Of a DNA stretch of 64,000 nt, positions 12,928 to 31,820 are shown one piece after another (positions within the stretch are counted from its first letter, which is position 1; each line of letters opens with the position of its first letter). This DNA is from Camelus ferus (Eukaryota). Below the pieces are notes generated by a model. It had not been told where the DNA came from, searched no databases, and saw nothing but the letters and a program-made list of their open reading frames with translations. The position numbers and the translations under genes are program-made. The stretch covers positions 17,112,001-17,176,000 of the forward strand of contig NC_045707.1 of the NCBI RefSeq assembly GCF_009834535.1. Direction: 5' to 3'.

Positions 12928-14332
12928 GCAGCCTCTTTCTGAGGCCTGGGCCAGCCCCAGCTCAGCCCCTTGTATCCTGGCTTCATTAGGCTGGGCAGGG
13001 AAAGTGGTGGGGAGGGAGGGGCTCTAGGGAGCGCATCATCTGTCCTGATTACTGGGCGAGCACATGGGTGACATGGGGGTGCTGCTCTAAGGAGCTTGGC
13101 TTTTATCCAGAGAGAGGCCGTGGCCCACACCCAGGGCCAGGGCTGATTCAGCTCTTTCCTGAAGAAGCCCAGAAACCCCAGAAGTGCTGGCTCTGCCAGG
13201 AAGTGGGCACTGGAGTCCTCCCCTGCGGAGGGGGTGGGAGGGCTGTTTGCACCCCCACTCCCAATACCCTGTGCTGTCAGAGAATGTTGCTTAGTAGTGA
13301 GAAGGCCGCAAATATTTAGCCGTCCAGGCCTGGGTCTCGCGTGGACCAGCCAGCTGGCAGATCAGCCGCCCTCAGCCCTTCCTGGTGCTGGATCTGCCAG
13401 TCCCTGGGGCCCAGGATGGGGTGTGTGTCTGGGGTCCTGGAGGGGGCTCTGGGGGTCTGGGATTCTGTGGGGGTGATAGTGTTGGGAGAAGGTCTGTGTG
13501 TGTTTGGGAGGGGTGCAGGGTGGGGGAGGGGTCCCAGAGTCTAGATGCCTGGTAGGGGGCCCTGGGCCTAGGTCGTGGGCTGAGGGATGGGCTGTGAATC
13601 AACCCCTGGGGGTGGGAGGAGAGGAGGGTATTTGTGTATTGTGTGTGCTTAATGGGGCATCTATATATGTCAGGGTCTCTGAGGGGGGTCTGTGTGTCTG
13701 TGAGTATGTGCATTGTTTTGGGGTCTGTGCTTGGTCATCTCCATCCCTGACGGACAGCAGCACATATGATGGGCACTGGGGGCGAGGTAGGAGGTCTCTA
13801 TGTCTGGGACCCCCCTGGGGGTGATGGTGGTGGTGTGCGTGGGGGGTTGGGGGTACTATCTCAGGAGTGCTGGTTTCTAGGGGGAGGTGAAGTCTGCATA
13901 TTTGATCTCACGGTCAGAACTTTTCGTATCTTGAGGTGGGGGTGGAGTGGAGGAGTGGAGGAAATGGACCACTGGAGTCCCAGCGGCTGCAAGTGATGAG
14001 GTCCACACCAAAGATGTCAGGAAAGCCAGGCCCTTCCCCTTCTGGCTCAGGATCCTCCCTGTGGCCTTTCTCACTTCCCTTCTAGCTCCTCCTCTTGCTT
14101 CTGTTGTGTCTGGGTTTTGGGGGCTGTGGGTCCATGTCCCCCTGCACCACTCAGTGTGGCACCGGGCGGGGGTGCCTTAGAGACACTGTCCCTCAGTCCG
14201 CTGTCCCTCTTTGCTGAGAACATCTCCTCTGTTGCCTCAGAGAGGGGCAAAAACTGAGCCGGAAGGCCACATGTGTAGGCAGAAATAGTGTGTAGGGAGA
14301 TTCTTGGAGCACATTATAAATGACCAAGGAGT

Positions 14333-14338
14333 TTTATT
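14333..14338 (-). terminator. Polyadenylation signal of the KRT87-like gene
   Basis: TTTATT on + (AATAAA on -), about 490 nt past the ancestral-frame stop. Confidence 0.6.
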
Positions 14339-15299
14339 GGAAACTTGGAGACCTTGGCTGAGAGAGGGAGAGAGAGCCAGGCAGCAGCTAAAGTTGTCTC
14401 CTGGGAGACACAACCTCAGTCACCATGGGAGAGTTTAGAAGGCTGGGGAGGCAGCAGCAGGTCCACATCAGAGGGGCTCTGGGACCAATCTGTCCCTTAG
14501 AAGCCACAGGCATCCAAGCCCTTAGAGCAGCCAGAGTCAGGATTTGCCCAGGGCTGGAGGAAACCAGTCATTTAGACTCTGGGGATGGAGGGGAGATGCC
14601 AGACCTGCCGGCAAGGCGCCCGGCCCTCCCTGGAAGAAATGAAGAGAGGAAGCAAGAGAGAGAGATGCAGGTAAAGAAGGCAGCAGTTGGGGCTGATCAT
14701 GCCGGCTGGTTCCCGAAGCCCTTCTGCCCAGCAAGTGCAGGGGCTTTAGGATCTCCGGGACCCGCTGCTGAAGGCAGGGACGCTTGGCTGGTGGAGCCGC
14801 GTATGTACAAAGTGGGAGGAGCTACACAAACCGCACCAGGCGGCCGCCGCCGCTGCTCTGGCCGCAGGGCGCGCACAGGCCGGTGCGCAAGGCCACGTTC
14901 CCGGTGCGGGGGGCGCTGCAGACGCTTCCCGTCACCGGCCGGGCGCTGGACACCCAGAGGTCCCCGCAATAACCCCTCCCCGGGAGCTGCTGACACCTGT
15001 TGGGGAGGACAGGAATTACTACCCGAGGGAGGTGGGCGCCAGCAGCAGCCCCTTGCCTGCTGTCCAGAGTACCCCCGCCTTCCCTTGCTCAGAGCTCCTT
15101 CCCTCTGTTTCTATTCTCCCTTCCCCCTCATACACCCTCACATCTGGGCAGACCTTCCTGCAGTCTAACCTCAAGCATCCTTGAGAAACTTGTTAGCCCA
15201 GGCCCTCCATTTAGGCAGTAATAGCTATTTAAGTTCTCATAATCATTCACTGCCACATCCCCCTCCTTCCTTTCAGGATCTTAATTGTGGCCAGCACTG

Positions 15300-15490
15300 G
15301 CTTCCTGTTTTTGCAAATAAAGTTTTATTAGAACCCAGCCACATCTATTTATAAGTATTGCTTGGTGGTGGTTGCTTTCACATTACAAGGACAAGTTGAG
15401 CAGTTGAGCAGACACTGCCTGACCCACAAGCCTAAAGTATTTACTATCTGGTCCGTTAAGAAAAAGTTTGTTCATCAGGAAACCTGACCC
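15300..15490. mobile_element. MER58-like hAT DNA transposon fossil
   Basis: tttttgcaaataaagttttattagaacccagccac..gcctaaagtatttactatctggtcc..aagaaaaagtttg resembles the recalled MER58A consensus. Confidence 0.7.
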
Positions 15491-15706
15491 CTTATTTCAG
15501 AACCCACAGTATAGATTACTTACAGACATTTACAGCACCAATGCCCTCATACAACCTTGTTGGGAGAGCAAAGAGACAAAAATTAGTTGGGGGGAGCAGA
15601 ACCTGCAAATTTCCTCCTTCAAGTAATGATGCAAATTAGATGCAAATAACACAAAAACATGCTCCTGACTCTAAGAACAGTTTGGAGGATGAAGAGATAT
15701 CCTCCC

Positions 15707-15863
15707 NNNNNNNNNNNNNNNNNNNNNNNNNNNNNNNNNNNNNNNNNNNNNNNNNNNNNNNNNNNNNNNNNNNNNNNNNNNNNNNNNNNNNNNNNNNNNN
15801 NNNNNNNNNNNNNNNNNNNNNNNNNNNNNNNNNNNNNNNNNNNNNNNNNNNNNNNNNNNNNNN
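15707..15863. other. N run (157 nt) over KRT87-like exon 7 and its donor
   Basis: Directly visible. Confidence 0.97.
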
Positions 15864-16617
15864 CGCCAGCTTGCAGCGGGCATCATTAATGGCGGCCTCA
15901 CCCTGCTGCTCAGCCTGGGTCACTGCTGCCTCCAGCTTGGAGTTCTGGGAGCGGGGGAGGGTTATTGAGGTTCCCTGTTCTGCATTCAAGGTCAGAGGCC
16001 AGGTACCCACTAACCATTGATTGTCAGAGGAAGGTGGCGCCTTACTCATTTGTTAGGTCAGAGGTTGCAAATTAGCATTCCCTGGGAATGTTGGCAGTGT
16101 CTTTAATTTTTGAACTTTAATATTAAAATCCAGATTCCTGGCTTCTCTTGAAAAATCAGAGGACCTGGCCACACTGGACTGTAGGGACTGCCTCAGTTGT
16201 CTCTGATCAGCTTTGCCCTTAGTGCTTTCCAGTTTACCACACCCTAGTGCCTCCAGTACAGCCTGCTTCACTCACAACCTCTGGGGACCTCTGAGTGTGC
16301 GATCACTGATCTAGAACAATGGGCCAGAGAGGTGAAATGGCTTCCTCCAAATCACATGGTGAGCTAGTGGCAGGGCTGGTTTGAAACCCCAGGTTTCCTG
16401 TCCCGCAGACCAGTGCTGTTTCCTCTGCCCCATTCTGCCTCTAAGACCATGAAAGCCCCGGTCATTCCATTCCCCCCCAATACCTCTCCCCACTCCACCC
16501 CACATTCAGTGGGAACGGATTGTGTTTCCATGGAGGGGACTTGCTGAAAGTTTGATGTTGCTCCTTTCCCCACACTTTGGCAAGGGGTCTGACTTAAAAT
16601 CCCTCAGCTGCAGGTTA

Positions 16618-16974
<357 letters not shown>

Positions 16975-19900
16975 TCACCTTGCTGCGGTACCAGGACTCG
17001 GCCTCAGCCCGGCCACGGCTGGCAATGTCGTCGTACTGAGCCTTGATCTCTGCCACAATGCTGTCCATGTTCAGGTTCCGGCTGTTGTCCATCTTGACGG
17101 TGACTGAAGTGTCTGAGATGTGGGCTTGGAGGACCTGAAGCTCCTGGAGGTGCAGTATGGGGAAGTGATAAGAGCTTCTTGGACCAGGACCCCACTCCCG
17201 GCAGCCCACCCTCTCCCAGTCCTTCCCTATCCCCTGCTTCTGCTTCCTTCACAGTCTCTGAAGCTTCATCTCCAAGGTGGTCTCCCCACCTCAACCCTGG
17301 AACCTCTCAGTGCTCCTCAGGCCCAGAATCCCGAGGCTGAGAGGAGCCCAGGTCTGAGGCCCATTGCCTGATTTCAGTCATGGCCTCCTGCCTCCATCCT
17401 TTAGGTCTAGGACCAGAATTGAAATTGTGTGGTAATTGCCACCACAGTAACCAGGAACGCAGCTTGTGTGGGCTTGGCCGATGACACACGAAACTATTGT
17501 TCTTCACCTTCTGACAGTAAACCTGCCTTGGGTCCCTCAACTCTGCTCTGCACCCCCCTACCCAGAAGCCAAATGGTGGCAAGTCCTTTCCAGTGTGCCG
17601 CTGCTCTGTGACTTCTCACCTCCCGATACAGCTGCTTCAGGAAGTCTACCTCTTGGATGAGGGCCTCCAAGTTGGCCTCCATGTCCGACTTGTGGAGGTA
17701 GGCACAGTCCACCTCCTAAAGGGAGAGAGCAGCACAGGAGTCTCACTGGGGAGACAACACAGAGCTCTCCCCACCAGGGAGGGGCACCCCATAGGCTGGG
17801 CACACTCCCCGGACCCTCCTTAGCTGTTCATCCTAGAGCTTGGTGTCGAGGGGTTTGGTGAAGTCCTTTATGCAGTTGAAGGTGTCAGGAACAGGTCTGG
17901 GTAAAGGAGGGGGTCCCAAGGTTTCTAGGCACTTCCTCTGGTACCCACTGGGATGGTCTCACTAGAAACCACATCTTGCACTATCATGAAACTTAGGATC
18001 AGGTATAAAATGGCTCAGTTCTAATGATGCCCCACCCCTCTCTGCTCTGGAATCTTATGGAAAGAAATCTAGAGATCTGCCCCCAAGCCAGCGTGACGCA
18101 GGGAAAGACCCTTGACCTCTGTGTCTCAGTTTCCTCCCAGTAATCCTTGCCTTCCTCACATGGAGGTGGCTGGAAGGACCTGATGAGAGTCCACAGAATG
18201 GCACTGGTGCTGAGTCAAGGTTAAGAGGTGAGGAACACGGGCACTGTTCACGCCAGCATTTCCCAGCTGTTGCCAGCCTGAGAATGGAGCTATACCCTAG
18301 CATTCATGTGTTCTTTCATTCACAAAAATATATGGGGTGCCTATTCTCTGCCAGGCACAGGGCAGTAGGAGGTGAGAAGCCATTGCCAGATGGGAATTAC
18401 CTTGGATGGGGGAAGATTGCCCTGCTTGAAGCAGACAGTGTACTTTGATGTCCAGGACGGCCCAGGGAGCACTGGAATATTTGGGGGAGAAACAGGGAGA
18501 GGTTGGGCAGGGTGATTCTGGAGGAGTCGCTCAGCCTTTCTGAATTACAGAGCTCCCTCCTGCCTCTGTCCTTGGTTCTGAGCTGTGGGATGAGTAATCT
18601 GGGATCACTCACCTTCTTCAGGGCCCCAAATTTATTCTCAGTGGTGGTCCTTAGTGTCACCTCCTCCTCATACCTGGGGACACAAAGGGTATAAGTTTCA
18701 GTGGTTAGAGCTTCAATAGGCTGGGATTTGAAGAGAAAAGAAGAGAATGAAGGCCCAGACAAACACATTCCAGAAACTGGATCTTTTGGAGGTGGTCATA
18801 GAATCAAAAAGTGTCCATCCCTTTCATCTGGGCACTCAAACCAACCACATCACACACTACTCTTCCCATTTCAGGGAATCTCATTCCTGATATGGGCTGG
18901 GGTGGGTGCCTTGCACATTTTTGTAGGAAAGTTCTTCTTGTGGTCTAACTCAAATCTATCCTGCTTTGACTTCATCCCATTTCCTTTCTCCATACCCTCC
19001 TCCCCAAGGCACTCACTCACTTCTTCTTGTAGCCCTCCAGCACCTCCTGCACGTGGCTGAGCTCCGAGGCCAGCCTCCCACTGTCAGTCTCCATGCGCTC
19101 AGTCTCCCGCCTCAGTGTCTGGATGTAGCCCTTGAACAGTGGCTCCAGGTTGTTCTCGCGGCACTCTTGGTTCTGGTAGAACTGCAGCTTGGTCTCCAGA
19201 AGTTTGTTCTGCTGCTCCAGGAAGCGCACGTGCCGCCCAGGGTGGGAGAGACTCAGTGGGAGGAGCCAATATCCCCAGCCCTCTGCAGAGTGAGATGGAA
19301 TTATCAGTGAGCCATGCAGAAGCGAGGGGTGGATGGAACGGCCTCAGCTGGGCTCTCGTGGCCTGAGGAGGCACCCCGAGAATCTTTGTTTCATGACTGC
19401 TTGTTCAGGCCTGAGTGAGATTCTGTCCTTGGTGGACAGCTGAGGGCTTGCTGAACAGTTGTCTGAATGGATGGTCAAGGTGGGAGGGGCTTCCCAGCAG
19501 GGAACGTAGTCTCCACCAAGCAGGATGGCTGGGGTCTCAGGTGGGCTAAAGTCCTATGTTGGACACTCAGATGTGTCTGGAGGCCAGGCAGATAATATGA
19601 ACGAGGGAAGGTTTTGGAAAATAGGGAGGGTGGGACTGCAGGGAAGCAAAGCATGCAAGCCTTCACTGCAAGTCATTCAGGCTGGAGAGATGGGACGGCA
19701 CCAGTCACTGCGGAGCCAGAGAGGACACCAGCAAACAAGACGCCAAGTGGAGGACCCCGGCTTCTGGTTTTCCTCTTCGCAGATTTTTTAGCTGGAGTTG
19801 AGACAGTCCCTTGCCTTTTAGCCTTCGTATCCTTTCATCCAACTCAGTGAGTGCAGCTGGGAAATCCCCGGTTGGAACTTCTGGAAATGGGGAATGGGGA

Positions 19901-21199
19901 TGGCTGATATTACATGGGATCACTTTAGGTATCTTAGCTGAAAAGGCTTGAGCTGTGGTGGGGCATCTCATAGCTTTGTCCCCATCTTTCCTTTCACAGT
20001 CATGGCTCAGACTCTGCGCCACGCACAGCTCTGGAGTGGAGAGCTCTGGGTCTGAGAGGAGAAGCCACTGGCCAGCGGCACACAGAGAATCAGTGGAGAA
20101 ACTGAACATGGAGCCCAAGCCTGCTTGTGGGCCAGGACCCTTTCCGCTTCACCCTCTGGCCACCGTTCCTGGATGGGAGCGCTAAAACACTCAGGGTGCA
20201 GTGTCTGCTGAGGAGGACTGACTCCTGCTGGAGGGGACCAAGCTTGGGATCCTCTAGCCCCAGGGACCTGGAGAGCAGAGGAGAGCCCGGGCTTGGAGTT
20301 CTACTCTGCCACCCACTCTCAGTGGCTCTTGGGCAGACCCTGCCCTATATCCCTCCCTCTTTTCCCTTCTGTGTGCGCTGAGACGGCTGCACTGGTGGCA
20401 GTGATTCTCCGGTATGAACCCTTCACAGGCTGACTTCAGGATTTTGCAGTCCCGCTGTACTGTTTTACTTATGATTGATCCATAAATGAATCTGTTTAAC
20501 ATTCACACTTCAATGGGGTTAAAGGGGTAACTGTATTACCACCATAGTTGTAAGACCAATATCACTAGGCATACATAAGGGGAAATCAGAAGGCATTAAA
20601 TTCTAGCTGAAACTGTTGTCCCAGACAGCACTGAAGCTGAGGCTTGCTGCCTTTTATTAGAAGCGTGAAAGGAGGAAGTGTTAGAGAGATATTAAAGACA
20701 TATTAGCATCCAATGAGATTTTCTCCATTTCATCTCAAGGATTGAAACAAACATGAAAAGAGATAAATTTTCTCATCAGGTGTTTCAATGTTATTTAATG
20801 CTTTAATGGACCACCTAAAAATATCACATAAAATAGCAGCAGTCCCCATTCCCCATTTCTAGGAGAGACTGGCCTGGAAATTCTCAGGTCCTTCCAGGAC
20901 TTCCAGGCTCAGGAAGGGTAGGATCAAGAACATGCATCTTGTCTATGGGGATTCTGTCTGTCTGGACAGAGGCTGTATATAATAACAGTGTTCTAAACGG
21001 GATCCCCTCCTTTCTATTCATCTCTCTGTGTCTGTCTGTGTCCTGGATGTATGTCCATCTCCGTCAGACTTGGAGCTCACCAAAACCACATCTCTCCTGC
21101 CCCTGACTCCTGTTTTAGTGCCCACCCAGGAAGGGAAGGTTCAGGAAGGGTGTGATCAAGGACACCCACCTTGTCAATGAAGGCAGCAAACTTGCTGTT

Positions 21200-21850
21200 G
21201 AGGCTTTTGATCTGCTCCTTCTCCTCCTGCTTCACGCACTGCGCGGTAGAGTCAACCTCCAGGTTGAGGGGCGCCAGGAGGCTCTCGTTGACCGACTCGG
21301 TGGTGATGCTGGGAGGGCTGGGTCCACACACGCCCCCTGAGCGGTACCCGAAGCTGCGACCGCAGGAGCCGGCGCGGAAGCCCCCGCAGACGCTGAGGCT
21401 GCTGAAGCCCCCCGGTGAGGCCGCGGTAGCAGCAGATGCCGCGGTAGGGGGCGGCCGTGATGCAGCAGCGGCCGGGCCGGGGCCCGCAGGCGGAGGCGCA
21501 GGTGAAGGCGCGGACCCCGCAGGGGCTGCCGAGGCGCGAGGAGAGACAGGACATGGTGCGGCGGCGGAGGCTGGACCCCGGCACCCGAGCTGCACCCTAT
21601 ATCGCGGCCGTCGGGCCGGAAGAGGGAGCGCGAGGTCAACGCGTTTATAAGCTTGGAAGGCGGGCCTCCGGCCTCTGCTAGCCGGGAATTAAAGCGAGCT
21701 GGGCCTCCTGGCCGCCTCCATAAAACGGCGTTCACCTCCCGCCTGCGCTTCATGGGGCCCGGAAGCACCTGGTGGGCTCGCCGGCGCCTTGCGCTGCGGG
21801 CTCGGGGCAGTCCCCTTCGGCCCCTCGGGCCAGACTCGGCCAGGTAGCTT
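21200..21850. promoter_or_regulatory. CpG-island-like region over KRT87-like exon 1 and promoter
   Basis: High GC and CpG density by eye. Confidence 0.65.
21644..21649 (-). promoter_or_regulatory. TATA box of the KRT87-like gene
   Basis: TATAAA on the minus strand about 90 nt upstream of the ATG at 21554. Confidence 0.7.
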
Positions 21851-21979
21851 GGGTCATTAGCTCTAGACCCAGGCTGCGCACCTGGGCACGCTCTGCCCCC
21901 TCATTTCAGTTCTAGCCCTGCAGGCTGGGAAGCCTGGTCTTAGTTACCTGCGCATCTCCGTATGGTGTAGGGGGCGAGT

Positions 21980-21981
<2 letters not shown>

Positions 21982-22062
<81 letters not shown>
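21982..22062. repeat. (GT)n microsatellite, about 40 units, one interruption near 22031
   Basis: Directly visible. Confidence 0.97.
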
Positions 22063-22063
<1 letters not shown>

Positions 22064-22084
22064 GAAGGGGAGGCGTTTTACAGG

Positions 22085-22270
22085 TCAATCCTGAAGATTC
22101 TTGTCATGACCCTGGACAGGTGAATAACCTTTCTGAGCCTCAGTTCACTCATGTGCAGAATGGCCTGTAGTAGCACCCAGCAGAGAGTTGCTGGGAGGAC
22201 CTAATGGCACAAGGGACAGGAAAGCATTTAAGGCCCTACCTAGCGCTTAATAAGAGCTCCACAAATGTTT
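22085..22270 (+). mobile_element. MIR SINE
   Basis: aataacctttctgagcctcagttcactcatgtgcagaatgg..aaagcattta. Confidence 0.6.
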
Positions 22271-24689
22271 GTTTGTTCTGTTTATTTTACTATTATTATT
22301 TTGCCATTCATCCTGTCTCCCTTGGGGCAAAACCTTTTCTCTCTCTCAGAACTCAGCTCATGGCTCCTCCCCTAGTAAGTGGGATACCCTCTACCCACCA
22401 TATCCTCCACTCTGCTTGGGAGAGGGGAAGGGTATCTTTCATTTTTATTTTTTATATCCCCCTTTTAATTATTTAAAGATTTCTACCCCTCCCCCTCAAG
22501 AAGGGAGTTTGTACTCATGGAGTACCTACAATGTGGGAGGATTTATAGTGTATTATCTCATCTAATCCCCCAGGGCATTCTTCCGAGGTCAGTATTATTG
22601 TGCCCATTTACCTGATTAGGAAGTTGAGCTCAAAGTGGTCCAGTGACTTGTTTAAGGTCAAGCATAGAAGACTCTATAGAGGGGCAGAGTCAGAATCTGA
22701 AGGGAGTCTCCCAGCCCTCCCCAACGCTGGCCCCTCCCAGGGTCTGAGTCTTGGGGACTGAGTAAGAATTCTGTAAGAAGCCCAGATGGCTAGGATTTGG
22801 GGGTCTTAGAGAAATCAGCCTCATCCAAAGCCTTCTCCTCAGCCGATGCTTGTCATGGCCACCAACCCTAGAAGGCTATGATCCACCATAATGAAAGTTA
22901 ATTATGTGTCCAACTATAGGCAGAGGAAACTGGACTGTGAACTCAGCAGCCAGTATTAAAGAGAAACCTGCGAATCACCCTTAGCTTCCTGTGCTTTTAA
23001 ATATGAGTTGTTATTGTGCAAAGGGTAATTAAATCCTGGAATTCCGGAAGTCATCACAGCCAGCCGTACCTAGCTTTGGCTGCCTGGCATCTCCTTTCTA
23101 GGAAGTGCCCCACTGCCCTCTGTGTCATTCTTTCCCAAAGCTCTTGTGGGCCTGAATCCCTTTGGTCCAGCTTTGATTTTGCAGGAGTTTCAGTGCAACC
23201 TTAGTGCCGTCCTCTGTGGAAGATGGAGCCCAGCTCCACAGTGTCTGTGCGTCCACTCCCAGCTCCAGCTGGGGTCATCAGCCACGTGGCTAATGGCTTC
23301 AGGATTATGAATTTCTCCTCCAACTTTCTTATGGAAAGAGTAGTATCGGAGAAGTCTTCCTTTGGCATCTCACTTACAAGAGGAAATGGACTTACCCTGA
23401 AGCATTTAATTTCCTTAATTAAAGAATTCAATTAGACTTATGGAGACACTTTCATGATGCTTGCTTGGACCTCTTCCTGGGTTTTGGTGGGTGGATGGAA
23501 CAGATTTTCTGTGCTATCACAATCAACGAGGAAGTTAATAATCAGCTTTTGTGTGCACTGATAATTAAGTGCATGTAAGGTCCAGAGAGTCCAAAGGGCT
23601 TCAGGCTGAATTGCGCCCTCTGCGAACACAACTGGAAAGGGATGGAGTTGTAAAGGTTTGACACAGCCAGAGCACAGGGGATCCCAAGGGTCAGTGCTAA
23701 TCCCTGGCCCAGCCTCAGGGACGTATACTCCCTGGTGTCACCTTTATTATTCTTGGAACCCAGGAGGGGAAAAATGAACTAAAGCCTGAGAGATTTCAGA
23801 TACAATCAAGGATCGACTTCCCTATAGAGAGATTAGTAGTCACAGGTGCTGGGAAGGGGAGGGCTGCTCCAATCTCAGCCGGATCTTCTAGAAATCATTC
23901 CTTTGCCCCTTTTGTCTCCAGTCCACCAGGCTACTGATGAAAAGCTAATGCTCTGTCTTGGTTTTCATGTCCCTTCCTTACCCTCTTGTGGGCCCCTGGA
24001 GACAATTCAAGACAGGTAGCAAACAGGCACCTGGCAGGAATCAGGCTCAGAGCTCGAAGGAGACTGCAGTCCCCAGGCCGGGCAGCGTGCGTATACAGAC
24101 GGACCTTAATACAAGGCTGCAGGGGGGTCTGCTCTCATGCCGGGACACCATGCCACGGGGACTTGGTGGGAGAGTGAGCCTCCAGTTCAGGGGCTTGGGG
24201 CCAGAGGTCAGGGCAGGGTACTCAGAGGAGGTGACAGATTGATTAAGGCTGAAGAATGGTGAAGAATTGGATGTGCTGAGATGAGGGAGGAGAGGAGGAT
24301 TCAGGCAGAGGGAGTGGCATGAGCAAAGACACAAAGCAAGGGAGGCCAGAGGATGTGGGAGGAACAGCAGGCAGTCCACTGTGGATGAAACATAGGGGAC
24401 GGAAGAGGGCGGGGGAAAGGAGGCAGGCCGGGGGTGGATAGTGGCTATGGTGGCTAGGCAGGGTGGGCTTCAAATGTCAAGATGAGCATGAGAGGTGCTT
24501 GACCTGGAGAGGGTCATATCAGGCATGGTGTGAATGGGACGTGGGGATAGTTGATGGTGGGGGTGTGTGTGTGTGCATGTGTGTGTATGTGTCTACTTTT
24601 GGTAACCTAAGGCACCATTATGAAACATCTTGAACATCAACATGCCCATTTCAGAGACACATTTCTTTTCTTTCTCCATAGTATAGTGG

Positions 24690-24960
24690 TCAATGTGTTT
24701 CTGGAATCAGACATACTTGGGTTCAGGCTTGGGCTCTGCCACTTACAATCTGGGGAAGAAGTTCCATAACCTTTCTGAGCTTCAGTTTCCTTTGTATCTA
24801 GAATGAAGATAATAAAACTTGTCCAGGTACAAAAAGAAGAATCTGGACTAGTGAAAAAAATAAAAAAAACTCGCCCAGGGATGTGGTGAGGATAACGTGA
24901 GGTGTGTATGTAAAGCATTAATATAATGCCTGGTGCAGAATAAGTTGGCAGTAAATATCA
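24690..24960 (+). mobile_element. MIR SINE
   Basis: gaatcagacatacttgggttc..ctctgccacttac..gcttcagtttcctttgtatc..gtaaagcatta..aatgcctggtgcagaataag. Confidence 0.65.
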
Positions 24961-25831
24961 GCTGTTATTATTATTATTGTTGTCGCTGCTTTTTCCCCTC
25001 TGTGGCCCACTGGTCACCCAGGTACCTGCCCTGTAACCCCTCAGCTCCCCCCTCTCCCTTCCCCTACCCCAGGCCAGCCTGCTCTTCTAGGTCTGGAGGT
25101 GGGGCATCCTGCACACTAAATCTCTCCTGCCTGGGACCCCCAGCCCCCACCGCTCAGTCCAAGCTCAGGGCGTATTGGAGAAGCTCTTCTGAAAATGTTC
25201 CAGGAAATAGGGAGCCTTTTTGAAAGAGGCTGGGGAGTGTGGCCTTGCACTCATGGTCTAGTTGAGGGAGAGACTCTGTTCTGTGGGGGTGAAGAAACTT
25301 AAAGGCATATGAAAAGAAATGGAGGTGGGTGGACAGACTGGGGGTTTCAGGAAGTCAGATATTTGGAACCCTCACACCACACTGCTCATACACATCTACC
25401 AACTGCATGGATCCTCCAGCACGAAGTGGTCAAACAAATTATTTTTTGGTTGTGTGATTAACTTTTCCATGTCTTGGTGGGGATGAACCCTGTCCCCCTC
25501 TGGCTATACCATAGGTCAAATGTCACAGGTTGCCTTGAAGATTTGGCTCCTGAGGCCCTACCTGAGAAGTCTCTTCCTCTCAAAGCTGCCTGGATCCACC
25601 TGTCCTTGCCCCCTAGGATGGCCTATCCTTTGTCCCCGGTCTCAGCTCATCTTGTGACCCAAAACGAAAGACAGAGTGATGAGTCCAGCTGACCACCTGA
25701 AAGAAAGCATCCCAACCCGGCGTCCCTTCCTCTCCTCAATTATCTCACAAAGTGCAGAGTCCACAGGCCTTGGCTGACCTTGACTTTGTGGCACCCTCAG
25801 GCCCTCAACTGTGGAAAATATGCTGCCAGGG

Positions 25832-25839
25832 CTTCAAAG
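25832..25839 (-). promoter_or_regulatory. LEF1/TCF-type site (CTTTGAAG) in the promoter of the gene at 26068
   Basis: CTTCAAAG on +; LEF1 sites are an established feature of hair keratin promoters. Short motif, function inferred. Confidence 0.5.
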
Positions 25840-25984
25840 TTGCCTGAGTGTAGGATTTTCCAAAGCCCCATCTAATGATGCTTTCCCAGGAGAGAGGAAA
25901 ATGACTGAGAAATTCCCCAAGCCCATAAAGGTGACAAGAAGGCCACTCCACACAATGAGGCAGGTGGCCCCAGGTGTCTGGGAT

Positions 25985-25990
25985 TATAAA
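25985..25990 (+). promoter_or_regulatory. TATA box of the gene at 26068
   Basis: TATAAAA about 80 nt upstream of the ATG. Confidence 0.8.
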
Positions 25991-26067
25991 AGGGGACGAG
26001 CAGTGAGGGAGAGGCCAGAATCATTCTCTTCTTCCTCTGGCTCCATCTTTTCCAGCCCAGAGTCACC

Positions 26068-31428
<5,361 letters not shown>

Positions 31429-31814
31429 GCTGGCAGGACTGGCGGAAGCACCCAAGCCCCTAGCCCATCTCACCCTCTTCGCGGATCCTGGCTGGCCTGT
31501 CTGCCCAGCTCTACCTTGTGCAGCCTGGTGGTGGGGTGCAATGGCTTGATCTTCTCCGGACCCATCTTCCCTACTGTTCACTTCTCATTTCTTGTTGTGT
31601 GGGAGGCCCCCTCTTTGTCTCCTGCCTCCCTCAGGTTGAAAAATGCCTTTAGGAGGAGTGAAACATGGATGTATTCTGTTTGAAGATTCTGGACTGCTCA
31701 AGCCCATGAAGAGGACAGCACCCCCGGTCCCCATCGCAACCTTCCTTTCCCTTGCATTCTTGTGCTTTCCTTCCTCTCCCAATGATTCTGTTCCTCCTTG
31801 CTGTCTGTGCTTCA

Positions 31815-31820
31815 AATAAA
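31815..31820 (+). terminator. Polyadenylation signal of the gene at 26068-31428
   Basis: AATAAA about 390 nt after the TAA; context ctgtgcttcaAATAAA resembles the KRT81 3' end. Confidence 0.75.

Noticed and set aside
14425-15168. 247-aa plus-strand ORF
   Set aside because: Antisense shadow of GC-rich KRT87-like exon 9 and its 3' UTR; no recognisable domain.
21077-21768. Stack of overlapping 110-178 aa ORFs on both strands
   Set aside because: Stop-poor CpG island plus the frameshifted exon 1; explained by the pseudogene.
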